Shown here in pieces: positions 13,661-26,505 of a stretch of 64,000 bases of DNA. The DNA lies in contig NC_043006.1 of the NCBI RefSeq assembly GCF_006345805.1, forward strand, positions 83,328,001-83,392,000, in the 5' to 3' direction. The stretch is from Octopus sinensis. Lineage: Eukaryota. The notes below the pieces were generated by a model. It was not told the DNA's origin and did not search any database. It saw only the letters and a list, made by a program, of their open reading frames with translations. Position numbers and translations under genes: made by a program. Positions within the stretch are counted from its first letter, which is position 1. Each line of letters starts with the position of its first letter.

Positions 13661-13772
13661 TCTCTCTCCCTCTGTTTCTCCACTCTCTCATTACTTCTTT
13701 CTTCCCACTCTCCTAATATATGTGTGTATAAGTTTTATATACCTATGAATATATATATATATGTATATATAT

Positions 13773-13807
<35 letters not shown>

Positions 13808-13890
13808 GCATAAATACATACATACATATATATGCATATATGCATTTATATAAATGTCTCTCTCGTTCTTTCTCCTTGTACACATATATA

Positions 13891-13938
<48 letters not shown>

Positions 13939-14195
13939 TGTGTGTGTGTGTTGTGTGTGTGTGTGGTGTGTGTGTGGGTGCGTGCGTACGTGCGTTGCGT
14001 GGTGTGTCTGTGTGTATTTACTATTTAGTTCACACTGTGAGAGCGATACTTTCTTTTGAGCAAAGGGACGAAAACATATCACCTCCACTGTGCCTGTCAC
14101 GATCAGAAGATAACTTCTTGTCTGTTCAGAGTAATTTCTAAAAACAGGTGTACAACATATTTCTCTATAGATTATTATTATTATTATTGTTGTTG

Positions 14196-14227
<32 letters not shown>

Positions 14228-14626
14228 GGTGGTGGTGGTGCTGTTGTTGTTATTGTTGTTGTTGTCACTGATTCTGCCGTGTAGTGTGCGTTGTTGTAGA
14301 TGCGTTTGTGTATGGACGAAAATCAATTGGTGCACGAAAGAAAAAATAGAGTTGATGTCCCACTGATTATGGAGAAAGGAAGGCTGGGGGTGGGAGCACG
14401 AAATAGCATCGATGGCATTGTCTTGTGCCGGAGTTTATTAGGACATGAACTTGTAAATTTGGCAGCCATCTTTTTCTTATATATATATATACATATATAT
14501 ATATCACATTTCTTTTAGCTCACGACAAAGGAAAGATGTACAGTCCCCTTTCTTATCGACAATCAGATCCATCAAAATTGGAGAAGTGTCGTTGTCAAAT
14601 GTAGTCACTTGCAATATCCTTTTCCA

Positions 14627-14709
<83 letters not shown>

Positions 14710-14831
14710 CACACACACAACACACCACATATTCTCTCTCCCTCTGTTTCTCCACTCTCTCATTACTTCTTTCTTCCCACTCTCCTAATATGTGTGTATA
14801 AGTTTTATACCTATGAATATATATATATATG

Positions 14832-14879
<48 letters not shown>

Positions 14880-14962
14880 GCATAAATACATACATACATA
14901 TATATGCATATATGCATTTATATAAATGTCTCTCTCGTTCTTTCTCCTTGTACACATATATA

Positions 14963-14995
<33 letters not shown>

Positions 14996-15000
14996 GAGTG
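12890..15000 (+). repeat. Tandem duplication, ~1065-bp unit x2
   Basis: tttagttcacactgtgagagcg at 12961 and 14024; tctcgttctttctccttgtacac at 13861 and 14933. Confidence 0.95.
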
Positions 15001-15028
15001 TACACATATATATGATATGTGTGTGTCT

Positions 15029-15090
<62 letters not shown>

Positions 15091-15400
15091 ATGCATATAT
15101 ATACATACATACACACATGCATACATACATACATAAAACAAAAAGAAAATATTTAACTCTATCATGGACAAAACAAAGAAAATATTTGAATTTTTATCAA
15201 AATATACTAATGGTTTCAATCATTTTCATACAATTTAGTCTTTCAGTAAGAGAAAGGGGGAAATAAATGAAATATATTAAATTAAATTAATCTTTCATTA
15301 TATCAGTTCTGTCCAATTTTTTCTTGCAAAATTTACATGGTGCTGGAAGCTGGTTTTCGGATAGCTGCTGGGTTGTATATGTATGTATGTATGTATGTAT

Positions 15401-15483
<83 letters not shown>

Positions 15484-15626
15484 GAGTGAGTGAACAAACG
15501 AAAGTAGGGCACTCAACACATTTATTGGGAGTCAAAGCAGTTTGATTCAAAATCGTTAATACTCCGAGTTTCAAGCGTGATGCTAATTTTCACCCATTGG
15601 GAGTTTGAAATGAAACTGTTTTGATC

Positions 15627-16015
15627 CTGTGGGGTAAGGAGCTTGCTTCCCAACCACATAGTTTCGGGTTCAGTTTCACTGTGTGGCACCTTGGGCAAGT
15701 GTCTTCTACTATAGCCTCGGGCCGACCAAAGCCTTGTGAGTGGATTTGATAGACAGAAACTGAAAGAAGCCCGTCGTATATGTGTGTTGTATTACGTATT
15801 TGTGTGTCTGTGTTTGTCCTCCCACCATCGCCTGACAACCGATGTTGGTGTGTTTACGTCCCCATAACTTAGCAGTTCAGCAAAAGAGACCAATAGATGA
15901 AGTACTAAGCTTACAAAAATTAAGACCTGAGATCGATTTGTTCGACTAAAGGAGGTGCTCCAGCATAGCTGCAGTCAAATGACTAAATGAAGTAAAAGAA
16001 TAAAAGGAAGAAAAG
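15627..16015 (+). mobile_element. SINE family A, full-length
   Basis: ctgtggggtaaggagcttgcttcccaaccac...caccttgggcaagtgtcttc...gtaaaagaataaaagg. Confidence 0.9.
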
Positions 16016-16389
16016 AATATATACATGCATCCATACACACTTACACACGCATATATGTATATATTTCCTTTTACATTCCTACAAAATAGGCGAATTCATG
16101 TAACAGTAGTAACAGCATCACCACCACCACCATCACCACCAACAGCAACAATAACAGTAGCATAGCAACACCACTCCCACTAGCAACAACAACGACATTA
16201 ACAACGTTAATCTGTATAAGATTTATATATCATTATATGGTGTTGATGGTTGCTATGTATATGATGGCGTATGTATATAATTTAAAGCAATAATTTATCT
16301 CTGAATTAGAAACGGAAATTGCAGAATTAAAAAATGCTTCTTATTTAGAAGCAAAGGCAAGTAATCCTGAGTGGAAAGGTTTACTCGAC

Positions 16390-16900
16390 ACCCTCGATAC
16401 TTAGTATCTACACTGGAACTTTACATTATCGACCCCGGAGGAATAAAAAGCAAAGCTGGCCTCGGCAGAATTTCGACCCAGAGTATAAAAAGCCGAGATA
16501 AATACTCCATAGTATTTCTTCGGACGTTCAATTCTGAGAAGATGGCGAGCTGGCAGAATCGTTAGAACACGGGACAATTCTTCTGGCATTTCTTCTGGCT
16601 TTACTTTTTGAGTTTAAGCGGTGCTAAGGTGGACTTTGCTTTTCGTTCTTTTGAGGTCGATAAATTAAGTACGAGTTGAGCATGGTGGTCACTGGAATCG
16701 ACTGGAATCGACTTAGTCCCACCCCTATGACTGCTGGTCTTGTGCCAAAACTGGAAACAGTTGTCCAATCTGAGAAAGCCGAAAGCCGAAAGGTAAAAAT
16801 TGAGCGCTGTGAGATTTGAACTCAGAATCTAAAGGACCGAAACTAAATTCCACATGATACCTTTTGCCGACGCTCTAACGACTCTACCAACTCACCGCCA
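16390..16900. mobile_element. Cluster of diverged SINE family B copies (-, +, -)
   Basis: atcgaccccggagg...; ggcgagctggcagaatcgttag at ~16543; gatttgaactcagaa at ~16813. Confidence 0.7.
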
Positions 16901-17675
16901 CCACCCCCTTATCGCTCACAAAAATTCCAGCTTTGATTAAAATAGTTGCTAACGACTAACACCGACTCAGCCAACCAATCAAAATATACAGCAACATTCC
17001 TTTTAGCCGCCATTTTGTTCATTATCTTTAAAATATTAATTATTTTTTATTTATACTTTGAATGCTTTTATCTCTTTACGAATTAAATTTTGGTGGCATA
17101 ACTTCAGAACTAGCTTCTAATAGCACAAATCTAAAACATACACAACTCTGGTTGTCTGCTTTTTTTCATATCTCATGTATCTAGGTAACCACACCTTGTT
17201 ATAAGCTAAGTTGCGTGCCATATTCAGTTCTTAGTTTGCTAATTCTTTTGTTGTTTTTTTTCTTTCTTTTACTTGTTCCACTCAGTGGCCATACTGGACA
17301 TCCCCCACCCTCCACCCTTGTAGAGCTAGTCGAACAGATCTGCACCACTATATAATCCTAAGTTCGGTACTTATTCTATTGGGCTTTTTTAGTTGCGAGT
17401 AGATACACCAACACCGGTTATCAAGCTGTGAAGAGACAAGCAGAAACACAAACAGACACGCAAACATGCGTGTGTGTGTGTGTGTGTTTGTGTGTGTGTG
17501 TATGTTCCTGTGTGTGTATATATGTATTGGAATCCTACATATATCATTCTACCTAAAAAAATGGATCTACAACTTCAATATCCCTACATATCTTGCATCT
17601 ATTTTCTTTCCCCCACCTCACTCTCTATTTTGTATCACATCTAAACTAACTATGACTTAACTTTCCTCTCACACA

Positions 17676-17727
17676 GTCTCCGATGAAGGGATATTATTAA
17701 TTAATATCCTAGAAACAGCTGTAAGAC
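17676..17727 (+). ncRNA. Type I hammerhead ribozyme, core variant CCGAUGA
   Basis: GTCT CCGATGA A GGGATATTA TTAAT TAATATCCT A GAAAC AGCT GTA AGAC: stem I GTCT/AGAC, 9-bp stem II, palindromic stem III ACAGCTGT, GUA site; U4 replaced by C. Confidence 0.7.
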
Positions 17728-17800
17728 CTTTTATCTATAAATGTTCTAGTATCTACACAGCCTTGTTTTTTTTATCTCATTACGCAAAAAATTCTTATAC

Positions 17801-17869
<69 letters not shown>

Positions 17870-18033
17870 TGTGTATGTATGTATATATGTAATGGCGACG
17901 AGCTTCCATACAGTTTTCACACAAAGCATTAATCGATCTGGTGCTGTAGTAGAAGACGCTAGCCTAAGTGCCACGCAGTGGTATTGAACGTGAAATCACG
18001 TGTGCCTACACATGCACACATACACACATACAC

Positions 18034-18103
<70 letters not shown>

Positions 18104-18859
18104 AGAGAGAGAGAGAGAGCGAGAGAGAATCAGGCTTCCAAACAGTTTCCGTCCACCAGATTTCGTTCGCAAGGTATTGGTCAACTCAAAGCTTATGGTA
18201 GAAGGCATCAAAAGTGCCTGCCATGCAACGAGAATTGCGTACAGAATTACGTAGTTACGAGATACACTTCAACCTCTTAACCGACACATCCACACACAAC
18301 AGAAACTGACATAGCACGGTATAGTCACGTGATATTCAACGGATCAAAGGCCAAAATTCTGAAACATTACTGAACAGCCTAGGTTTCTGCTGAGATTCGT
18401 TTTTATAAAGTGCATATATCTCTTTGGCATTTTAGGAATCGATTTCGTTATCCTCGTAATGTAAACGGTGTGGCTTTCTTTAAAAGCTTATTTAGCATTA
18501 AATACAACAAATGTTCTGTCCATTACGAACAGATGCGTATACATACATCTACTCGAAAATAGCGTTCGCTTCAAAATGCTTACAGCTATTCCCTCTCCTC
18601 TTACCTTCTCTCTGTCTTTATTCTCTTTTCTCCCTTTTCTTCCGTAAATTTTTCCAATAAAAAAAAAATAAAACATCTGTGTTTATTCTAAGAGGCTTCA
18701 CTGCAGTCAAATGAAGATCTGACAGTTGGTGAGCGAAAACAGGCTTCGTAGTCGGGAATGTGGCCCGAGCTGATACTAAAACCTAATCTTCGGCCACTAG
18801 ACTGTGTGCGTAATAATAGATATCTTGCCTTCGTTAAATCTGGTAGTTATATCAATAAT

Positions 18860-19640
18860 AATAATAATAATAATCATTTCTACTATAAGCACAAGGAGAG
18901 GGAAGGGGATAATCGATTACATCGACTCTAGTTCTCTAACTGGTACTTATTTCATCAAGAACGAAAGCAATGTTGACCTTGGTGGAATTTGAACTCAGAA
19001 CGTAAATACGGAAATACTGCCAAGCAATCCAATTCGCCACCTAACTAATAATCCTTTCTACTGGAAGCACAAGGCCTCAAATTTGGGGAAAGAAATGAAG
19101 TCGATTACATCGACCTCAGTGCGTAACTAGTTCTTATTTAATTGACCCCGAAAGGATGAAGGGCAAAGTCAAAACGTAACGGCAGACGAAATACGGCTAC
19201 GCATTGCGCCTGGCGTGCTAACGTTTATGCCTTCGGCGAGCTGGCAGAATCGTTAGCACGCTGGGCGAAATGCATAGCCGTATTTCGTCTGCAGTTATGT
19301 TCTGAGTTCAAATTCCGCCCACGTCGACTTTGCCTTTCATCCTTTCGGGGTCGATTAAATAAGTACCAGTTACGCATTGGGATTGATGTAATCGACTTAA
19401 TCCCTTTGTCTGTCCTTGTTTGTCCCCTCTATGTTTAGCCCCTTGTGGGCAATAAAGAAATAAATAATGGTTTCGGATTTAGACTGAAAGCCAGCAATTT
19501 TGACGGAAGCGTTTTAGCCGACAACTTCCATTCAAGTATTTCACTGGTACTGTATTGTATTGACACGGGATTCGAACTCACGACATAAAGAGACGGAACA
19601 AATGATACAAAGCAATTCATCCAACTCTTAAACAATTCTG
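18860..19640. mobile_element. SINE family B cluster with head-to-head junction near 19232 (19052-19230 minus, 19234-19463 plus)
   Basis: Recurring family B motifs on both strands. Confidence 0.85.
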
Positions 19641-19785
19641 CCAATCCGCTGCGTTCCCCTCTAACACACACACATGCACACATATACACATACATGTGTA
19701 TGTATGCGTATGTTTATACATACATTCATACGTTCATACATACACAGGTACATACATATATACACATACACACACGTACGTACGT

Positions 19786-19945
19786 ACATACATACATACA
19801 TACATACATACATACATACATACATACATACATACATACATACATACATACATACATACATACATACATACATACATACATACATACATACATACATACA
19901 TACATACATACATACATACATACATACATACATACATACATACAT
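19786..19945 (+). repeat. (ATAC)n microsatellite
   Basis: Direct reading. Confidence 0.95.
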
Positions 19946-20658
19946 AGCAAGTTGTGTAAGACAAAACGGGAAAAAGAAACAGTCTTAGCTGATTCCATTA
20001 AAAAGTAAGAAACGAATTAAATTAAATTTTTCAAGAGAGTTTATTTTAAGAATTTTAGAAACGGCCTTGAGAGCGTGAGTAGAGGTGTACTGTATCTAAA
20101 CAAACATACATTCATAAATATCCACGACCCACATGTAAAATGCGTGTATATGTCTGTGAGTATATATACACTACTATGTGTGTGTGTTTGTGGATCTCTG
20201 TGTGTGTTTGTGGATGCGTGTGTGTATACACGTACACGTACATACATATTCATACGTGTATATACATACATATACATACACTAGACTTATTTCAAGACAT
20301 TATGATGACATATTGGCGAATAAGGAGCGTAAAAATGTAAGCAGAATGTTATATGTATGAACTAAATTGTATTTCGTAATTCAATGGCGGCAAATATTAG
20401 TTTATGATCATACGGCAAAATTCGGAAGTTAGACATGCCGTAACATCGATAATTAATGAGTATATTATTTTGGTGTATAAGTGTGCGTGTGTTTGTGTGT
20501 GTGCGTGTGTGTATGTGTGTGTGTGTATGTGTGTGTGTGTGTGTGTGTGTGAATCTGCATTGGTGTCATATGTAACGAAGAATATATATGAAATATATGC
20601 TATATACAAACATACATACATACATGCATGCATACATCCATATATATATATACTACAC

Positions 20659-20757
<99 letters not shown>

Positions 20758-20935
20758 CACACACGCACGCACATACACACACACAACACAAACACACACA
20801 TATCGGAATTTTCTTAACGGTCATTTGTAACGTAAATATAAAGGAAATCATGCGACATATTATATTAATTCTAATTCATAAATAACTTGCATCAAAGTTC
20901 TCAGAACTTAAAATTCCATTGTGAAAGCAAGGAAG

Positions 20936-20966
<31 letters not shown>

Positions 20967-21929
20967 CGGATGTAAAAAAAGAAAGAAAAAAGAAAGAAAG
21001 AAAGAGAGCGAGAAGTGAGGGAGAAAGGAAAAGAAAAACAAAGACGAAAGGAAATGGCAGAGAAGAGACATGATTCTTGTTAAATATACGAATTTCCGCT
21101 TACTGGAAAGTTTTTATCACATTCGTTTAAGATATTAATCTTTGAAATGGGACCTTGCTGTTTGTTTTCTTTCAAAGTGTTGTACGAAAATAATGCTGTT
21201 GTAGCTTTTTCAGTTTAGCAAAATATCTCCATGGTATTTTATTTCAGCTTTTATTCAGTTTTGATGCTATCTACAAAAATTGATGCTATCTAAAGATTAG
21301 CGTTTTATAAAGCTGTCACCGGAGGGCGCCACTGTAAGCAATTATTCTGGACCACGATTAAATTTACGGAAATCCGACCAATATGGTGTAATGGAGAAGG
21401 ATAAAAGACGAGAGAAAACTTATAAAGCAATAACTAACCATTTTTTATGTAACTTTTTTTTCACTTTCAAAGTCCCTCCATTTTAAAGAATTATTGTTGT
21501 AATTTTAGTTAAAGGCGCTGTGATTCGTTATTGCTGTTGGTGTTTCTATTGTTATTGTTTGTTGTCTGTAACGAACGCTATTTGTTTGTTATTTTAATTA
21601 CTCTGGAAAAAAATTGTGAAAATGGCTGGCTTTGAATTCTTTTATTTATCTATTTATTTGGTTTACAATTCTGTTAATATCAACAATGTTATAAAAAAAC
21701 AGTGCAACGACTGAAAAATACTTCTCGTGCATACATAGAGAAATTTTGTTTTCAGTGCTGGGTTATATGCTTCTAAATTTCTTTCAATGCTACGTTGCAT
21801 AAGAAATTTGTATAACTTAATGCATGGAACAAACTACAGAGACAAACACACACACACAGTCACGTATACAGCAGTAGATACTTGCCTTTTATCCGACATT
21901 CTAACATTTCTGAAAGCTCACCGCCTCGA

Positions 21930-22620
21930 TAATCCTTTCTTCTATGGGCACAAGGTCCGCTATTGTTGAGGAGGAGCTAGTCAATCATGTACTAAAATGT
22001 TACTCATTTCATCAACCCCCGAAAGCATGAAAAGTAAAGTCGACCTCGGCGGAATTTAAACTCAGAACATAAAGACGGTCGAAATGCCTCTAAACATTTT
22101 GTCCGGCATGCTAATGATTCTGCCAGCAAACCGCCTTCGCTGCCTTAATAATGATAATAATTATGGTGGAGAGCTGGCAGGATCGTTAGCACGCCGGGAA
22201 AAATACTTATCGTCATTTCGTCCGTCTTTACGCCCTGAGTTCAAATTCCACCGAGGTCGACTTTGCCTTTCATTCTTTCGGGGTTGATAAATTAAGTACC
22301 AGTTACGCACTGAGGTCGATGTTATTGACTTACCTCCTCTCCCGAAATTAATGAACCTGTACCATAATTTTTAATCAATTATAATAATGATAATAACCCT
22401 CCCAACTAAAGGCACAAGGCCTGAAATTTAGAGGAGGGAGCTAGTTAATTATACCAACCCCCAGAACTTGATTGGTATTTTATTTCATTTGCCCAGAAAG
22501 GACGAAAAAGCAAAGATGACTTCAGCGGGATTTGAACTCAGAACGTAAAAGGGGCAGAAAAAAAATACTCTAAAAGGATTTTTCCAGACACTCTAACCAT
22601 TTTGCCAACTCGCCGCCTTA
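21930..22620. mobile_element. SINE family B cluster (-, +, -)
   Basis: Three copies separated by (AAT)-rich linkers. Confidence 0.8.
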
Positions 22621-23089
22621 ATAAGCTGGAGTCCCCTAATTTTGTTGTGTTGAGCTGTTTACTAACCCTTCATTATCTTAATCGTTCTAACGTGCAGTGA
22701 AGCATCAGGGAGGCATGAGATAAAACAAACCAGATTGCATTTTTATGAAGGATGACTACGAAAAAAAAGATATGACAGCTGGAGCTGTGCTTTTACGTGT
22801 GTGTGTGTGTGTGTACGCGTGTGTGTGCGTGTGTGTGCGTGTGTGTGTGTTTGCGGGCGTGTGTGTTACACTGCCTCCGCACCAGGTAAGTACGGCTATG
22901 GAAAGACGATACCTTCCAAACCTTAAATAGCTACTTGTAGGCAAACCTTAGATAATGCAATAGGGTCTTATTGAATTTCATCAGTAAATAGTTAAATGTG
23001 CGTGCCCGGGATGAAAGATATACAAACATGTAGCCATCCATAAATATATATATATACATCCAACCATCATACATACATACATACATACA

Positions 23090-23120
<31 letters not shown>

Positions 23121-23483
23121 GTATTCATGTACACATACACACCTACTGACACTTATCTGTGTACATTTGAGCTTATGTGGGCGCGTGTCTGTATTTTTAT
23201 GTTCATACCTGCTGTGTATACGTCTGTTTATATACCTGCTGGTGTATAACTGGGTACATGCTTCTGTTGATAAGGGTTGGGATTTATACCTGCAAATGCG
23301 TGCATGTTGAGATAACTGTATATAAGTGTTATATAAGGGTACATACATGTAATTTGTGAGCAGTTACCCGTATGTACGTGTGTGTATGTGTGTTTGTATG
23401 TTTATACCTGGAAATACACATATATGTTTATATACAAACATATACGTCATAAATATTTATACTATTAAATAGAATATATCAGA

Positions 23484-23548
<65 letters not shown>

Positions 23549-23605
23549 TGATACAGAGAAGATAAATAGAACTCAAGACAAGTATGTGTGTGTGTATGTA
23601 TGTAT

Positions 23606-23900
23606 GAAAGCGTGTGGCTTAGTGTTTAGAATATTCGGCTAACTATCGTAAGGTCGTGAGTTCGATTCCCGACGGCGCGTTGTGTTCTTGAGCGAAACGC
23701 TTTATTTCCCGTTGCGCCAGTTCACTCAGCTGGCAAAGGGCCGGCCTTGTCACATTCAGTGCCACGCTGAAGTACGTCAACTGCGTTAAGGGTACGCGTT
23801 TCTGTGGAGTGCTCAGTCACTTGCACGTTAATTTCACGAGCAAAATGCTCCGTTTATCGGATCAGCTGGAACCCTCATTGTCGTAACCGACGGAGTGACA
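23606..23900 (+). mobile_element. SINE family C
   Basis: tRNA-like head gcgtgtggcttagtg...gagttcgattccc, then gcgttgtgttcttgagcgaaacgctttatttc. Confidence 0.8.
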
Positions 23901-23929
23901 TTGTGGGCATACCACACACACACACAAAC

Positions 23930-23966
<37 letters not shown>

Positions 23967-24135
23967 TATTATTATATATATATTATATATATATTATATA
24001 TATGTAGGTCCCGGGTTGATTCGGGGTTAACCACAGTAAATAAGGTACTCAATACATAGCAGAGTAAAATTAATTTATTATATAGAAGGAGCTTCTACAG
24101 GACTAGAACTGTTCATTCAAGAGAAATCTTCAGGA

Positions 24136-24186
24136 AGCTTCCTGAAGATTTCTCTTGAATGAAACAGTTCTAGTCCTGTAGAAGCT
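24136..24186 (+). ncRNA. Type I hammerhead ribozyme motif
   Basis: Stem I AGCTTC(24136-41)/GAAGCT(24181-86); core CTGAAGA 24142-48; weak stem II TTC-TCTT-GAA; GAAAC 24161-65; stem III ACAG/CTGT around TTCTAGTC; cleavage triplet GTA ending 24180. Confidence 0.75.
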
Positions 24187-24194
24187 CCTTCTAT

Positions 24195-24234
<40 letters not shown>

Positions 24235-24235
24235 G

Positions 24236-24268
<33 letters not shown>

Positions 24269-24357
24269 ATATATATATATATGTACGTAGTATGTATGTA
24301 TGTATGTATGTATGTATGTATGTATGTATGTATGTATACATGTGTGTGTGTGTGTGT

Positions 24358-24562
24358 TTGTGTATCTGTGTTTGTTCCCCCAACATTGGTTGACAACCGA
24401 TGTTGCTACGTGTACGTTTCCGTAACTTAGCGGTTCGGTAAAAGACGGCGATAGAATAAGTACTAGACTTACAAAGAATAATTCCTGGGGCCGATTCGTT
24501 CGACTAAAGGTGGTGCTCCAGCATGGCCGCAGTCAAATTACTGAAACCAGTAAAACAAAGAA
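24358..24562 (+). mobile_element. SINE family A, 3' half
   Basis: ttgacaaccgatg...gtaacttagcggttcgg...ctccagcatggccgcagtc. Confidence 0.8.
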
Positions 24563-24793
24563 TATATCTGATGATAAAAGTTTGTACTATATCTCATTAG
24601 AAATCTCGTATTTTATATTTGAGATTATTCAAAATAAGTTGATTAGGGTTCATTCATTGATTGACAATGTTCGTCAGAAACCATTATTATGACAATTAGG
24701 TTAACAGATTTCACTTAACGAAGTTATATTATACTATAACAATAACTTACTGTAAGATTTATCTCTCCTTGTAGACTGATTGACTGAATGCAT

Positions 24794-24841
24794 GCTTTCT
24801 GATGATAACTCTATGTAGAGTTGAAACCAGCTACGCAAATC
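24794..24841 (+). ncRNA. Degenerate hammerhead-like motif
   Basis: CTGATGA T AACTCT ATGT AGAGTT GAAAC: intact core and perfect 6-bp stem II; stem III, cleavage site and stem I eroded. Confidence 0.45.
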
Positions 24842-25493
24842 CCTGTTTTTCAAGCCACCAAAATATACATAAATAATCGAAATTTGCCTTTTCGTAGTAG
24901 AAGAAATGCGAACCCTACTGGCTATGGTTAGCGACTCTCTAAAAAAGAAGGGAGATAACTTTAAGGAATTCAGAATAAATTTCACAGAAAATACAGTTAT
25001 GTTTCGGCCTTGTAAGTCTTTATCGGTGTAGCAGTTGTCTAAAAACTCTTTTGAGAAGTGGACAGAACATTTTACAAATAGAAAAAGCGTTATGGAGCTA
25101 TTACGCAAGTATATCTTGCATGACTATAACGCGTGAGATAAGACAAATACCACAAGTGGACTAGTGGACTATTAGAATGAATTTAGATAAGTCAGGTAGA
25201 TGTTGATGTATTAAACGACGTATGCAAATAAAAAAGCTAATGAATTGAAAATTGCTCCATTAAAAAATGAGAAATCATTTCAAAAAATTAAGAATTCATT
25301 TCATCAAAAGATACTCAATTTTCGTACTTAGAGGAGGAAATACTGATCTCTATTAGCAAGCAAGGTGGGAGCTAACGACATGTATTGGTTTGTATAATTT
25401 TTTATGTATTTCCAAGCAAACTTCTTAGCCAGCCATTCACTGATGTCTGCATCTACGTACAGACACGCATACACACACACACACACATTCACA

Positions 25494-25545
<52 letters not shown>

Positions 25546-26381
25546 ACTCATTCACACGTACACATGCATGTACACACAAACTAATTACTATTGCACAATG
25601 GGTATCGTGTTTCAAGTGTTGTGTAAATGAAGGCAAAGAACAAGCAGTTTGATAATTCCAGTGGCTAAGATATGTGAAATCACATAGATACGAGACACAG
25701 CTATCTAATGTGAATGGATTTCGACATTTACTTAAGCATACGTATGGACAGGGAGGCAGACTAAAAATACTATATCTCCATTAGATCTCTGAAGACATAA
25801 AAATCTGTTAAGTGGCGCCTTACAGGACTTTCTCTTCCTCCTCCTCTCTCGTTCTTCGTCTATCTGTTATATACATACATACATGCACACACATACACAC
25901 ACACGTATGTATATTTTTACATCGAAAAGATTGACAGTTACTTTGAAGTTTCGCCTTACCAACCGTCATCAGAGAGGCGAGTCAAACCTTCGAAGTCAAA
26001 TTTTCCTTGTAAAAGACCTAGACTAGTACTCTACTAAAAAGTAGTGAGTAGTCTTTCAGCTTCCGGTTAAATTGGTTCAATATATAATTTGACATAAGCA
26101 GTAATATGTGTGTGTGTGTGCGTGTGTGTGTGTGTGTGTATAGGCATATATATATACAGTCACATAAATACACACACTCATACACGCACACACGCACACA
26201 CACATACACACATGTATATAGGGGAAAACATTAGTTTAGAATAGATAAGCATGGAAATCAGCGAATCATCGCATCTTTGAAACAGCTGTAAAGATAGTTT
26301 CTACGTTTTATATGGATATGTTTATGTACATCTCATATAAATAAACTATTCCCACTTATAATCGTTTGCCCCTCTTCTGAC

Positions 26382-26444
<63 letters not shown>

Positions 26445-26473
26445 ATATATATATATATTATATATATATATTA

Positions 26474-26505
<32 letters not shown>

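Noticed and set aside
24734-25108. 124-aa minus-strand ORF
   Set aside because: Overlaps repeat remnants; composition typical of AT-rich non-coding DNA.
25941-25976. Minus-strand CTGATGA...GAAAC TTC hammerhead-like spacing
   Set aside because: Stem II does not pair and stems I and III are poor; at best a heavily decayed copy.
26273-26295. ATCTTT GAAACAGCTGTA AAGAT
   Set aside because: Has the stem III/GUA half and stem I arms but no CUGANGA or stem II; a deletion remnant, not a ribozyme.
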